64,000 nucleotides of DNA from an uncultured delta proteobacterium (GTDB taxonomy: Bacteria > Desulfobacterota > Binatia > UBA9968). The notes below the pieces were generated by a model that was not told the DNA's origin, did no database searches, and was given only the letters and a program-made list of their open reading frames with translations. The stretch spans positions 256,001 through 320,000 of the forward strand of contig CAWFJP010000001.1 of NCBI GenBank assembly GCA_963816145.1, in the 5' to 3' direction. How positions within the stretch are numbered: the first letter of the stretch is position 1; each line of letters opens with the position of its first letter. The translations under genes and the position numbers were made by a program. Positions 30,064-40,351 of this stretch are shown here, in pieces.

Positions 30064-31527
30064 TCACGGTTCCCGCGATACCCGCACGGCGCTAATCGCC
30101 GCGCCGATAAAACACAACCCCGCCGCCGTCAGGCAGGCGAAATGAAATCCGCGCATGAAGGCGGCCAAGCCGATCGCGCTGCCATCTATTGCCAACTGCT
30201 TGGCGAAAGATTGCAACGACGACGCGCCGGTCGCAGTCAATTGCGCGCCGACAATCGTCGTCGCCAGCGCCGCGCCGATGGAGTAACCCAGGCTGCGCAC
30301 AATCGACAGAAACGCCGAGCCGACGCCGAGCCGATGGCGCGGCACGGCGGTCATGAGCAGATTATTATTCGGCGTTTGAAAAAGTCCCATGCCGGTACCG
30401 ACCAGTCCAAGGCAGACCACGATCTGCACGGATGCGGACATGGGCGACAGAAAACTCATAAGCACAAATGCGATCCCGCTTACCGTCAATCCAGCGGCAC
30501 AGAGCCGCTCGGCAGCAAACCTTTCCGACATCCAGCCGGTGAGCGGCGCTAAAAGCGCCATCGCCAACGGCGTTGGCGCAACCAAAAAACCAGCGCGCAG
30601 CGGATCCAAACGAAGCGCGAACTGCAAATAAAAAGGCATCAGCAAGATGCTCACGCTCATGGTGATGAAACTAATCCAGCGCCCAATGTTGCCCAGAGTA
30701 AACGCGGGGATACGAAACAGCGCCAGGTCGAGTAGAGGGGCAGTTGCTCGCCCCTCCCAGCGGATAAAGAACATCAGGAGAGCGATGCCAGCCGTCAAGG
30801 GTAAAAACACCAGCGCCGATTGCCAGCCACTCTTCTGCGCCGTGGTGAGACCGAACAGAATCAACGAAATGCAGCAAGCGAAGGACAACGCGCCGATCAG
30901 ATCGAAAGGCTCTTTTTTGGCCGTCGAGGGCTTGAAACTTTCCGGCGGCAGCAGCACACGCGCGGCGGCGAAGCCGCAAAAGGCGAGGAGCGCGGAAACA
31001 AAAAAATTCGAGCGCCAGCCGAAGCTATGGGTCAACAAGCCACCGATCACCGGCCCCATGGTGTAGCCGATCGCCGAGATCGCCCCGCCGGCGATGCCCA
31101 TCGCCCGGCCGCGTTCTTCCGGCGGGAACAGCGCCGTTACCAGGGCAAAATTGTTAGCCATGATGAGCGCGCTGCCGGCCGCCTGCAGGGCGCGAAACAC
31201 AACCAACTGCACCGCACTCTGGGACGCACCGGCGGCGATGGAACTCAAGCCGTAGAGAATGAAGCCGCCGAGAAACAGGTTGCCGACGCCAAGCAGATCG
31301 GACAGCCGGCCGCAGGGTAGATAGAGCGAAGCCGTGATCAACGCATAGACAAGCGCGATCCAGCTCGCCAATGTCAGATCGGCGCCGAACTCAGTAATGA
31401 TCAGCGGCAGCGCGATGCTTAGCTGCCCGGTATCGGCGGTGACGATCAAGGTGGCGATGGACGCCACCGAAAGCGACCACCAGCGGTTACGGCGCGCGAA
31501 GTTATTTGAAGAAGTCGACATGGCCAT
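30064..31527 (-). CDS. MFS transporter, DHA2/EmrB-like (14 TM)
   Basis: GRLSDLLG, RALQAAG, ERGRAMG, GPVIGG, GLFQTPNN. Confidence 0.9.
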   Translation of the reverse strand: MAMSTSSNNFARRNRWWSLSVASIATLIVTADTGQLSIALPLIITEFGADLTLASWIALVYALITASLYLPCGRLSDLLGVGNLFLGGFILYGLSSIAAGASQSAVQLVVFRALQAAGSALIMANNFALVTALFPPEERGRAMGIAGGAISAIGYTMGPVIGGLLTHSFGWRSNFFVSALLAFCGFAAARVLLPPESFKPSTAKKEPFDLIGALSFACCISLILFGLTTAQKSGWQSALVFLPLTAGIALLMFFIRWEGRATAPLLDLALFRIPAFTLGNIGRWISFITMSVSILLMPFYLQFALRLDPLRAGFLVAPTPLAMALLAPLTGWMSERFAAERLCAAGLTVSGIAFVLMSFLSPMSASVQIVVCLGLVGTGMGLFQTPNNNLLMTAVPRHRLGVGSAFLSIVRSLGYSIGAALATTIVGAQLTATGASSLQSFAKQLAIDGSAIGLAAFMRGFHFACLTAAGLCFIGAAISAVRVSREP

Positions 31528-31558
31528 TAGAATGTCACGGCGGTGATTCTAGCGCGCA

Positions 31559-31653
31559 GTTCAAGGTTCAAGGGTTCAAACGTTCAAAACTGTCGGATCA
31601 AATGCGTGGTCGAAATCCGAACCGTTGAACGTTTGAACCTTGAACCCTTGAAC
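31559..31653. repeat. Palindromic element of tandem GTTCAA-type units
   Basis: Left gttcaaggttcaagggttcaaacgttcaa, right ttgaacgtttgaaccttgaacccttgaac. Confidence 0.85.
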
Positions 31654-31663
31654 GAAATTCTTG

Positions 31664-32458
31664 TTACCGCCCCACCGGCCAGTACCGGCCGCCACGTTTG
31701 AGCAGCGAGAGCGGCGCACCGTATAGCTCCTGCAACAGCCGCGGCTTGAGCACATCACCGGTCCTCCCGGCATGGAGCACCTTGCCGTGCCGCAGTACCA
31801 ACGTTTTGTGAAACATCGGCAAGATCTCCTCGATATGGTGGGTCACGTAAATCAGTGCGGGGACCTTCGTGAGCCCGCTCAATTTGCGCAGCGACAGCAG
31901 GAAACTCTCACGCGCTCCGGGATCCATACCCGCACAAGGCTCGTCGAGAATGATCAGATAGGGTTTGGTCATGCGCGCCCGTGCGATGAGAATTTTTTGC
32001 TGTTCGCCTTGCGATAGTGTGCCGAATTGTTGCTGCGCCAGATATTCGCAGCCCAGTTCTCTTAAATAACGGCGCGCGGCGGCAAAATCCGCCTTGCTCG
32101 CCTGTCCCCAATAACCACCGAGATAACCGATCTGCGCAAACTTTCCCGACACCACGGTATTGATAGCCAACTCTTCAAACGGAATCTGGTTGACCAGCGA
32201 TCCGGTCACCCAGCCGATGCTTTTGCGCAGCTCGGGAAGATAGGTCAGGGTTTCGCCCTTGCGGAAAACTTCGCCGCCGCCGTTGGGCCAAAGATAACCG
32301 CTGGCGATGCGCAAGAGCGTCGTCTTGCCCGAACCGTTCGGCCCCAAGATCGCCCAATGCTCTCCAGATTGAACGGTCCACGATATGGAATCGAGAATTT
32401 TCTTGCCGCCAGCAAGATAGGATACACCACGGAGTTCGAGCGCGGGAGTCTTTTTCAC
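31664..32458 (-). CDS. ABC ATP-binding protein, ModF/YlmA-like
   Basis: GPNGSGKTT, LSQGEQQK, ILDEP, YVTHH. Confidence 0.88.
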   Translation of the reverse strand: MKKTPALELRGVSYLAGGKKILDSISWTVQSGEHWAILGPNGSGKTTLLRIASGYLWPNGGGEVFRKGETLTYLPELRKSIGWVTGSLVNQIPFEELAINTVVSGKFAQIGYLGGYWGQASKADFAAARRYLRELGCEYLAQQQFGTLSQGEQQKILIARARMTKPYLIILDEPCAGMDPGARESFLLSLRKLSGLTKVPALIYVTHHIEEILPMFHKTLVLRHGKVLHAGRTGDVLKPRLLQELYGAPLSLLKRGGRYWPVGR

Positions 32459-32653
32459 TCTGACATTGAGTCCTTAACCGACGATCTCTACCTCTTAGAC
32501 CAAAAACAACCGTGAATAAAGCTGACGGCGATTATCTCGCTGCGCTAAGTGGTTAGAGAGCATCGGGGCAAAAAGTTTCAACCGCTGACGACGCTCTGAC
32601 GGCGCTGGAGATTTGCGGAAAGCGAAAAACTGCTGGCCCGTCCAACTATTTTT

Positions 32654-33913
32654 TTACTGCGGCGCAGTGCCGGCCCGCACAAGTGCGACCACACACTGCC
32701 GCCCGAGATCGATCACCGCCACTTCATCCGAACTTTCACAGCCGACAAACGCCAGTTCACCGTCAGGACTAAAAGCGATATGGGCCGGCGCGCCGCCAAC
32801 CAAGAGTCGTGCTCGTGGTTCGAAATCGTGGGCGTCGATCAAGCAAATGCTCGATTCGCCGGTGTTGGAGACGACGATCCACTTGCCATCCGGGCTCAGG
32901 GCAAAAAAATGCGGATAGATGCCGACTGGAATAGTTGCGATGACCCGGTGCGTCCGGCAATCCCAGACTGTCAAGGTATCGGCAGCGAAGTTGGCGACGT
33001 AGCCGTAACGACTGTCGGAACTCAGCGCCGGCAAATGCGCGCCGGCTCCCGCCGCCATGGTCGCCACCGCTTCATGATCGCCAGTACGGATAACGGTCAC
33101 ATCGTCGGACAGCGTATTGGCGACGTAAGCGAAGCGGCTTTCAGGATCGAAGACAACATGGCCAGGTCCGAGGCCGACCTTCACTTCGGCTGTGACGGTA
33201 TAATCATGGCCGTCGATCACGGTCATGGAATGCGAAGCAGAGTTGGGTTGGTAAGCCCAACGGCTGTCCGGCGAGACCGCGACATCGTGCGGCGCCAATC
33301 CGACGGGTACGGTTTTCTTGAATTCCCCAGCGGCGCTGAGAACGGTTACCGTTCGATCTGGCCCGCTCGGCAGATAAACCGACTCGCCATCTGCGGCCAC
33401 ACACGGCAGCAGCGGCCGTTTTCCCGTCGGCGCGGTCGTTAGAACTTGATCGAACACCGTGTCGATGATCGTCACATCGTTGGAGCTACTGTTGGCGACG
33501 TAAAGCCGGCGGCCATCGTGGGACAATTCCAGATGCGACGGATCGTCCCCGACAGCGACATGTTTCACCACTTTGCGTGTTGCGCCGTCGATCACCGCGA
33601 TGCGATTATCCGTCGTGTTGGTGTAAACACGCCCGTCCCGATGGCAGGCGATGGAATGCGCCCCGCGCAAACCCAAGCGCGGTGTCGAGCCATCCGGCCA
33701 AAGCGTCAGCAGATAACTGTCATTGTCCCGCTCAAACGCAACCCGATAACCTCGTTCGAGCATCGATATATACTGGCGCACCGGCAGGGCGCCGACGCGT
33801 GCGCGCACGACAGCGGCCTGACCGCGCAGCGACAAATATTGGCGCTTAAGTTCGTCGACCTGCCGGTCGGGAGCCAGTGCGGAAAGATCAATTTGGATGG
33901 TGTCGGCAGACAT
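32654..33913 (-). CDS. YVTN/YncE beta-propeller protein with a small N-terminal domain
   Basis: 8 repeats of about 42 aa (SPDG..YVAN..SD.VTVID); no signal peptide. Confidence 0.85.
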   Translation of the reverse strand: MSADTIQIDLSALAPDRQVDELKRQYLSLRGQAAVVRARVGALPVRQYISMLERGYRVAFERDNDSYLLTLWPDGSTPRLGLRGAHSIACHRDGRVYTNTTDNRIAVIDGATRKVVKHVAVGDDPSHLELSHDGRRLYVANSSSNDVTIIDTVFDQVLTTAPTGKRPLLPCVAADGESVYLPSGPDRTVTVLSAAGEFKKTVPVGLAPHDVAVSPDSRWAYQPNSASHSMTVIDGHDYTVTAEVKVGLGPGHVVFDPESRFAYVANTLSDDVTVIRTGDHEAVATMAAGAGAHLPALSSDSRYGYVANFAADTLTVWDCRTHRVIATIPVGIYPHFFALSPDGKWIVVSNTGESSICLIDAHDFEPRARLLVGGAPAHIAFSPDGELAFVGCESSDEVAVIDLGRQCVVALVRAGTAPQ

Positions 33914-33926
33914 GAGAAGACCTGAA

Positions 33927-33991
33927 GTGATGGAATTATCGAGTGTTGGGCTTGCCGAAAAGCCTTTACTCCACTACTCCATCACTCCAGC
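33927..33991. repeat. ACTCCA-family palindromic tandem repeat
   Basis: gtgatgga...gagtgttgg / tactccactactccatcactcca. Confidence 0.7.
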
Positions 33992-33994
33992 GGA

Positions 33995-34990
33995 TTATTG
34001 CTTGAACCGGCTGAACACCGACCGCGCATTCTGGTCGAAGATCTTCGCCTTATCGTCTGCCGTGAGCCAGGGGATTTTTTCAATATTCGGCTTGACATCG
34101 TCGTACCATTTGCCGGTGCGCGGATCGGTCTTCGAGCCGGCACCAGGGCGCTCGGTGCCAAACAAGCAGCGCTCCGGCCCGCAGATGCGGAACAACAACT
34201 TCAGCGACTCGATGTTATACAGCGCAGTGTCGAAATAGAGCTGCTTTAGCCTCTGATCGAAATTCTCGGTATCGTTCGGACCGCGCAGCTGGGAGCGCCA
34301 ACGGCCGACTTGATACGGCACCGAGCCGCCGCCGTGGGAAATAATCAACTTTAGTTTGGGAAAATCCTTGAACACATTGGAGTCGACCAAGGAAAGAATC
34401 GCGATGCTCTCCTCGGTGATGAAGTGGCCGTGAAACGACTCGCGCGGGTTCTTGCAGCTCGCGCCGTGCACCAAACCGGGGATATCCATCTGCACCATCT
34501 TGTCGTACAGCGGATACCAGTATTCGTTGCCCATGGCCGGCGTCATGCCATCGCCTTCGCCAGGATCGGGATTGATCATGATGCCGACGAAACCCAGGTC
34601 GTTGATGCAGCGATCGATCTCTTCGAAAGTGTTGGTCACCGGCACGCCGGCATTTTGCGGCAACCCGCCGATGGCGCGGAATTTGTTCGGTTCCATTTTT
34701 ACTTGCAGCGCCAGCGCGTCGTTGACCGCCTGGCAGTACCAATGAACGATCTTCTCCGGCTTGGCCGAATGCATCATGGTGTAGGGGCGCGGCGATATAA
34801 AAGCGAAGTCCGTGCCGACTTCGCCGAGCACTTCGGAGTGGCGGTGACCATGCCATTTCGCTTCCTGAATATGCTTTTCAGTGACGACCACACCGCGCGG
34901 CCGGTGAAACCCCGCGCTGTTGATCAGGCCGGCCTGAAAGGTCTGCAACTGCTCGCCGGCGACAATGTGATTGTGAATATCGATAACCAT
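33995..34990 (-). CDS. Amidohydrolase_2 family, LigJ (4-oxalomesaconate hydratase)-like
   Basis: IDIHNH, SPR, LPQ, NPDP, HGGGSVPY, LFGTE pattern. Confidence 0.75.
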   Translation of the reverse strand: MVIDIHNHIVAGEQLQTFQAGLINSAGFHRPRGVVVTEKHIQEAKWHGHRHSEVLGEVGTDFAFISPRPYTMMHSAKPEKIVHWYCQAVNDALALQVKMEPNKFRAIGGLPQNAGVPVTNTFEEIDRCINDLGFVGIMINPDPGEGDGMTPAMGNEYWYPLYDKMVQMDIPGLVHGASCKNPRESFHGHFITEESIAILSLVDSNVFKDFPKLKLIISHGGGSVPYQVGRWRSQLRGPNDTENFDQRLKQLYFDTALYNIESLKLLFRICGPERCLFGTERPGAGSKTDPRTGKWYDDVKPNIEKIPWLTADDKAKIFDQNARSVFSRFKQ

Positions 34991-35070
34991 GAAACGATCC
35001 TCCTGCGAAAATTGTCCCTCTACCTAACAGACAAACGCGCGCCGGAGCAACAAGGGCGAGAACTCAAGAG

Positions 35071-35126
35071 CTGGAGTGATGGATATCCGAAACCCACTGC
35101 TCCATTACTCCACTACTCCAACACTC
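35071..35126. repeat. ACTCCA-family palindromic tandem repeat overlapping the MFS stop
   Basis: ctggagtgatgga / ctgctccattactccactactccaacactc. Confidence 0.7.
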
Positions 35127-36421
35127 AGAGTTGGTTTCCGCGGCGGCTTCAACATCAGACTCAACAGCGCGGACGTCATCAGCACCGCGCCAAAAATCGC
35201 GAACGACAACCCGTAGCCGCCCGTGATGTCAAAGAGGAAACCAAAGAATGGCGGTCCCATGGCCGCAAGAACCTGCGAAACCAGCAAACCCATGCCGCGA
35301 ATCCTTCCCAGTGAGCGCCGGCCGAAATAACCGGCCCATAGGGTATCCGGCAAAACCATATTGCCGCCGAGACCGATGCCATAAAGGAAAAATCCAAGGT
35401 AGAGACAAACCATATTGCCCGTCAAGATCGCGATGGCTAAACCGATCGCTTGGATTACAAAGCGCAAGGTCGCCGCGTAGCGCGCACCGATCTTATCGGC
35501 AAGCACCCCCCAAACCAACGGCGAAGCCAATTGCATCGAGGCGATAATACTCATCACGGTAGCGGCGATCACCGGCGAATAACCGACATCGGTGACGTAA
35601 GAGTAAACATGCAGATTGAGCCCGGTGACACCCATGCTGGAAATGCCGAAGGTGATGACCAGCAGCCAGAACGCCGAGGTCCGAATCGCTTCGCCCCGGG
35701 TCCAGAGCGCATCTTGCGCGCCGATTTCAACCGCACCGAGATCTTGCTTCGAACTGGTGTCAGCTGCAGCGAGCGTCTCGGTCCCGCCGTCAGGCAATAA
35801 ACCCATAGACTCAGGCGAGCGGCGGATCACCAACAACGCCGGCACCAGCAAAAGCCCCAGCGTCATAAAACCGAAAACCAACCAAGTCTGGCGCCAGCCG
35901 AGTGTAAGGATGAGCCACGCGGCGAGGACCGGCATGCAAACCTTGGCAAAGCCCACGCCCATGCTGGAGAATGCCAGGGCGCGGCTGCGCTGGCGCGCGA
36001 ACCACTGGGCGATGATCACGTTGACCACCATATAACCCATCATCGAGTCGCCCAGCGACACCAGGGTCAAGCGAATCGCCGCGAACTGCGCGAAGCTCTC
36101 GACATGAGTGAGAAGAAAATAACCGATGGCAACAATCGTCGTACCAATCACCATGAGCCATCGGCCGCCGTAACGGTCGACCAGCGTTCCCACCAGCGGC
36201 GCGATGCACGCCGAGATGATCCCTTCACCCGAGCGCAGCAACGAGAACACGCCGCGCGAGATTCCCAGATCGGCGGTGAGCGGCTTGAGAAAAATGCTCA
36301 TCGTGCTGGCGAGCGCGAACGACGATGCGACGTTGGCAAGAAAGCCGACGGCAACGATGTACCAACCGTAAAAAAACCTGGGCTTGGCTGCGCTCGGGGC
36401 TAACTCGGCGGCGGATTCCAC
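35105..36421 (-). CDS. MFS transporter (OFA/monocarboxylate-like)
   Basis: FFYGWYIV, GTLVDRYGGR, WFARQR, GWRQTW, YFGRRSLG; probable GTG start. Confidence 0.88.
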   Translation of the reverse strand: MESAAELAPSAAKPRFFYGWYIVAVGFLANVASSFALASTMSIFLKPLTADLGISRGVFSLLRSGEGIISACIAPLVGTLVDRYGGRWLMVIGTTIVAIGYFLLTHVESFAQFAAIRLTLVSLGDSMMGYMVVNVIIAQWFARQRSRALAFSSMGVGFAKVCMPVLAAWLILTLGWRQTWLVFGFMTLGLLLVPALLVIRRSPESMGLLPDGGTETLAAADTSSKQDLGAVEIGAQDALWTRGEAIRTSAFWLLVITFGISSMGVTGLNLHVYSYVTDVGYSPVIAATVMSIIASMQLASPLVWGVLADKIGARYAATLRFVIQAIGLAIAILTGNMVCLYLGFFLYGIGLGGNMVLPDTLWAGYFGRRSLGRIRGMGLLVSQVLAAMGPPFFGFLFDITGGYGLSFAIFGAVLMTSALLSLMLKPPRKPTLSVGVVE

Positions 36422-36518
36422 ATCATGGGTGTAGCAGGAAATGCGCTTCTCCCGCAATTGAATCCATAGCAAGCACGCCGGACACGAGGTGCATTAAAGC
36501 GCGTTTGGCTACGAACCT

Positions 36519-36590
36519 CTGTCATCTCGAACGAAGTGAGAGATCTTTGCTGAGAGGAGATTCCTCTTTCCGCTCCGAGCGCCGGAATGG
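36519..36590. repeat. GTCAT...AGATCT-type palindromic intergenic repeat
   Basis: tgtcatctcgaacgaagtgagagatct...agattcctc...ggaatg; related to 45393..45455. Confidence 0.65.
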
Positions 36591-36830
36591 GCCATCGGGA
36601 TTCTCTAAGTCTACTGCAAAGCCGGGCGGCAGAACAAAATCCCACGTGCCAAATCAACATGTTCTGCTCCGTCGCGCAGCCCAGCAATACCAAAAGTAAT
36701 AAATCTAATGAACCAATTCATCGCTGTCTCGTCTAACTTTTGAGGCTATCGTCCCCGCGCGGCAAGACTGGCAGGGGCGATGGAATTACTGTAGCGTTTG
36801 ATATATCGCCCGGTCGCGAAAGGATCGAAA

Positions 36831-37550
36831 ATGAAGCTCTTGGCTTTGCTCACGGTCGCGCTTTTATCTTCTGCCACCGCGGCCTATTCACAGCAGCGTG
36901 CCGAACGGCCGCGACCGCCGTCAATTTCGGTCAGCGGCGAAGCCACCATCGCAGCCGAACCCGATCAGGCGCAGATCGATATAGGCGTCACCACCCAAGC
37001 GCGCACAGCGCCGGAGGCATCGCGAGAAAATGCCGAGCGCCTCGCCCGCGTCCTTGCCGAAGTGAAAAAACTCTTGGGCAAAGGCGACGAAGTCAAAACC
37101 AGCGGCTACGCGCTCAACCCGCAATACCGTTATCCCCAAGGCGGCAAGCCGGAAATCGTTGGCTATCAAGCCAACAACACAGTGCGGATCAAGATGAGTA
37201 AGCTCGACGATGTCGGCAAAGTCATCGACGCCGCCATGCAAAACGGCGCCAATAACATCAACCGCCTGGCGTTCACTTTAAAAGACGAAGACGCCGCCCG
37301 CCTGGATGCCCTCAAACAGGCGTCGGCCAAAGCGAAAGCCAAAGCCGAGGCCATCGCTGCTTCGCTGGGTTTGAAGATCGTCAGAATCGCGTCCGTCACC
37401 GAAGGCGAGCGCAGTATTCAACCGATTTACCGCGCCGCGCCCATGGCGCGCGCCGAAGGCCTCGCCGCCGCAGCCCCCACGCCAATCGAACAGGGAACCG
37501 TCGACGTCAGATCGACAGTGTCGCTGGTGGCGGAAGTAAGCGAGAAGTAA
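36831..37550 (+). CDS. SIMPL/DUF541 (BP26/YggE-like) periplasmic protein
   Basis: Signal peptide; ISVSGEA, PDQA, GYQANN, GANNI, AKAKAEAIA. Confidence 0.9.
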   Translation: MKLLALLTVALLSSATAAYSQQRAERPRPPSISVSGEATIAAEPDQAQIDIGVTTQARTAPEASRENAERLARVLAEVKKLLGKGDEVKTSGYALNPQYRYPQGGKPEIVGYQANNTVRIKMSKLDDVGKVIDAAMQNGANNINRLAFTLKDEDAARLDALKQASAKAKAKAEAIAASLGLKIVRIASVTEGERSIQPIYRAAPMARAEGLAAAAPTPIEQGTVDVRSTVSLVAEVSEK

Positions 37551-37638
37551 TGCGGTGAAAAAGTTCTCGGAAGTTTCGAGATTTTAGAATTTCACGATTT
37601 GCCCAACTGCGGACCAAGGCGGGCAGCATTTTTATTTT

Positions 37639-39084
37639 CTAGCTAAACACCGGCTTCTCTTTCAGATAGTGCTCGCGCATCGCCGGCCGGTGGCGCTCCA
37701 TCAAATCACGATTCAATTCCAGCGGCGGTTTCTGATCCGGCGGCAACAGCGGCCGATATTCGGTGTCGCCGATCTCTTCTTTGAAAGTCTCCTTCGCCTT
37801 CACAACCAACTTTGGATCCATAAACAGATCGAGCGCTGACGCCGCCATCGCTTTAGCGCCGGCGATCGCGCCTTTGTGAGCAATCGAAGTGGCCAATGAA
37901 ACCCCCGCAGACCAGTGATGGTAAGAAACCCCTGGGACATTCGACGGGAAAGTAATCAGCCCCGTGGGAACCACCCAAGACACTTCACCGGAGTCGTTGG
38001 CCGAAACCGACTGCACGCATTCTTTGAGCGGCATGATTTGCGTCGGCATGCCGACGGCCTTTTTGTTGATCTTAGCCTGAAGGTCGCAGACTAACTTCTG
38101 CTCGCCTTCGCCCCATTGCGGCATGCCGATCGCTTCGACATTGGCTTGAATGACTTCAGCCAAAGTCCGGTTCGCCCGCGTCGGCCAGACGGCGCTCAGC
38201 ACGTTCACCGAATAAGACGTGTCGGTCATGATCGCTGCGCCTTCAGCGATACGCTTGGCTTTATCGAACAAAGCACGAGTCTTTTCCGCCGTCGCTTCCC
38301 GGAAAAACCACCAGATCGCCGCCTTGTTGGGAATCACGTTGGGTTGGTCGCCGCCGTTGGTGATCACCCGGTGGCTGCGCTGGGTCGGCTCCAAGTGCTC
38401 GCGCAGTTTATCCCAGCCGATATCCATCAACACCACCGCGTCGAGCGCATCTCGAGCATTCCATGGCGCAGTCGCCGCATGCGCCGACTGTCCCTTGAAG
38501 GTAAACTCAGCGGAGATCAGCGCATACTGGCGCAGACCGTAGACCGTGCCGAAGCCGGTGCCGATATGATCGTGCAACGCCACGTCGACATCTTTGAAAT
38601 AGCCGTCGCGCACGAAGTAGGGCCGGCTCACCAGTTGCTCTTCGCCCGGCGCGCCGAAGACTTTCAGCGTGCCCTTGAGACCGTACCGATCCATCGCCTG
38701 CTTGATCGCGAACGCCGCGCCGATCATAACCGCGCCGTTGACGTTGTGGCCTTCGGTATGGCCTGGCGCGCCGTCGACGATCGGCGTCGGCTCGATCACG
38801 CCGGCCTTCTGCGAGCAGGCCGGAGTCGCGTCGTACTCGGTATGCAACGCCACCACCGGCTTGCCGGAACCGTAGGTCGCCACGAAACCGGTGGGCATGC
38901 CGGATAGATTTTTTTCGATCGAGAAGCCCGCTTTCTCCAGCAGCTCCATCATCAACCCGGAGGTCTCGAACTCCTGCATGCCGAGCTCGGCGAAATAAAA
39001 AATATTGTCGCACAGCCGCGCAATCGCTTCGCCATTGCGTTCGACGGTATCGAAAACAAACTTCTTTTCTGTACTGTTACTCAC
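37639..39084 (-). CDS. M20 amidohydrolase, AbgB (p-aminobenzoyl-glutamate hydrolase B)-like
   Basis: ELGMQE, EYDA, GHTEGHN, PGEE, SAHAATAPW, ALDAV, GGDQPNV. Confidence 0.85.
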   Translation of the reverse strand: MSNSTEKKFVFDTVERNGEAIARLCDNIFYFAELGMQEFETSGLMMELLEKAGFSIEKNLSGMPTGFVATYGSGKPVVALHTEYDATPACSQKAGVIEPTPIVDGAPGHTEGHNVNGAVMIGAAFAIKQAMDRYGLKGTLKVFGAPGEEQLVSRPYFVRDGYFKDVDVALHDHIGTGFGTVYGLRQYALISAEFTFKGQSAHAATAPWNARDALDAVVLMDIGWDKLREHLEPTQRSHRVITNGGDQPNVIPNKAAIWWFFREATAEKTRALFDKAKRIAEGAAIMTDTSYSVNVLSAVWPTRANRTLAEVIQANVEAIGMPQWGEGEQKLVCDLQAKINKKAVGMPTQIMPLKECVQSVSANDSGEVSWVVPTGLITFPSNVPGVSYHHWSAGVSLATSIAHKGAIAGAKAMAASALDLFMDPKLVVKAKETFKEEIGDTEYRPLLPPDQKPPLELNRDLMERHRPAMREHYLKEKPVFS

Positions 39085-39101
39085 AACTCGCTCCTCCGAT
39101 C

Positions 39102-39131
39102 GCCTAACCCCTTACCCTTCACCCCTGACGG
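39102..39131. repeat. CCCTTAC/CCCTCAC heptamer half element
   Basis: gcctaaccccttacccttcacccctgacgg. Confidence 0.65.
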
Positions 39132-39138
39132 GTTTCCG

Positions 39139-40019
39139 TCATCCCGCAAATTTCCCCGGATCTTTATAATAGTTCTTGTAATACCACTCCGCGATCTCCC
39201 ATCCAGTCGTGCGCCATACGCCTTCGTGGGAGCACATATAATCGAGCGCCATTTCCAAATACTTGATACGGTACGGCATGCCGATGACGAATGGATGGAG
39301 CGGCAAGCATAGCACCCGACCGCCCGAGACGCTGTCTTTGTAGAGCGTGTCGAAGTGATCGCAAACCATCCGGTAATACTGCTCCGGTGTGTGATTCTCG
39401 CGCTGAAAGACACGAATGTCATTGACACCCAGTTCGTAAGGCACCACCACCATGCGCCCGCTCTTCACCCGCATCGCCGTCGGCTGTTCGTCATTGCCCC
39501 AGTCGCAGACATACTCGAAGCCTTCGGCGGCAAGATGATCCGGCGTGTCGTGGGTTTCACCCAGGCCGGGGCCAAGCCAACCTTTGGGCGCTTTGCCGGT
39601 GGCCTTGGTGATGATCTCTTTGACGTTGTGAATGATCGACCGCTCCTCTTCCGGCGCATAGTCGAGCATCGAGACACTGTTGGTCAGGCCATGGCCGAGC
39701 CACTCCCAGTTGCGCTTGTTGCCCTCTTCGATGATCGGCGGATGCTTCTCGCAAACTTCCGCGTTGAGCAACACGCTGGCGCGGATGCTGAACTTATCGA
39801 GCACGTCCATGATGCGAAAAACGCCGACGCGCGACCCGTAATCGCGCAAGCTGTAGCCCGGCACATCCGGCCAATGCGTACTCCCCGTGCCGCGGATCGG
39901 CATGTTGTAATGAAAATATTCGATATTCGGCGCCACCCACAACGCGATACGGCCATGATTGGGCCATTCGATTTTGGGCCGGCGAATAATGGCGAATAGT
40001 CGTAACGACGGTTGTCCAT
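39139..40019 (-). CDS. Polysaccharide deacetylase family, PuuE/allantoinase-like (frameshift near 39990)
   Basis: MDNRRYDYSP joins IIRRPKIEWPNHGRIALWVAPNIE if one base is restored; RDYGSRVG, GHG, KGWLGP, LHPFVIG. Confidence 0.82.
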
Positions 40020-40054
40020 AGTTGCTCCTCTCCTACGCTGTGGATATCGCGGCT

Positions 40055-40157
40055 AGCCTACGCCAGGCAAGGATCGACCGTCAAACGCCCTAAATTACTG
40101 CCCTAAATTACCGCCCTAAAATACCGCTTGACACCTGCGCGTCGCCTTTGTTACAAG
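40055..40157. promoter_or_regulatory. Back-to-back sigma70-like promoters separated by three 13-bp direct repeats
   Basis: Minus strand TTGACG-N18-TAGGCT; plus strand TTGACA at 40128; repeats GCCCTAAA(T/A)TAC(T/C) at 40087, 40100 and 40113. Confidence 0.6.
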
Positions 40158-40351
40158 CCCGCGTTACCGGCTGCTTCCAGGGTTCAGGCGGCGTTTCCCA
40201 ACCGCTACCCATAGAGCGCCGGTAACAACTCCCACCCCGAGCGGCGTTCGATCGAAGTAACGCTGAGCGCCACTCGAGCGAAATTCATAAGTAGGAAAAT
40301 GGTTATTCTCTGGTAGCGACAGATTCAAGAAATAGCATCGAGGAGGTGCGT

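Noticed and set aside
31664-32458. Missing ATPase for the permease at 2095..3867
   Set aside because: It is ModF/YlmA-like, lacks the TOBE tail of FbpC/PotA ATPases, and is unlinked.
40163-40226. SRP (4.5S) RNA, suggested by GGAAGCAGCC on the minus strand
   Set aside because: It lacks the CAGG-stem-GNRA tetraloop arrangement of SRP domain IV.
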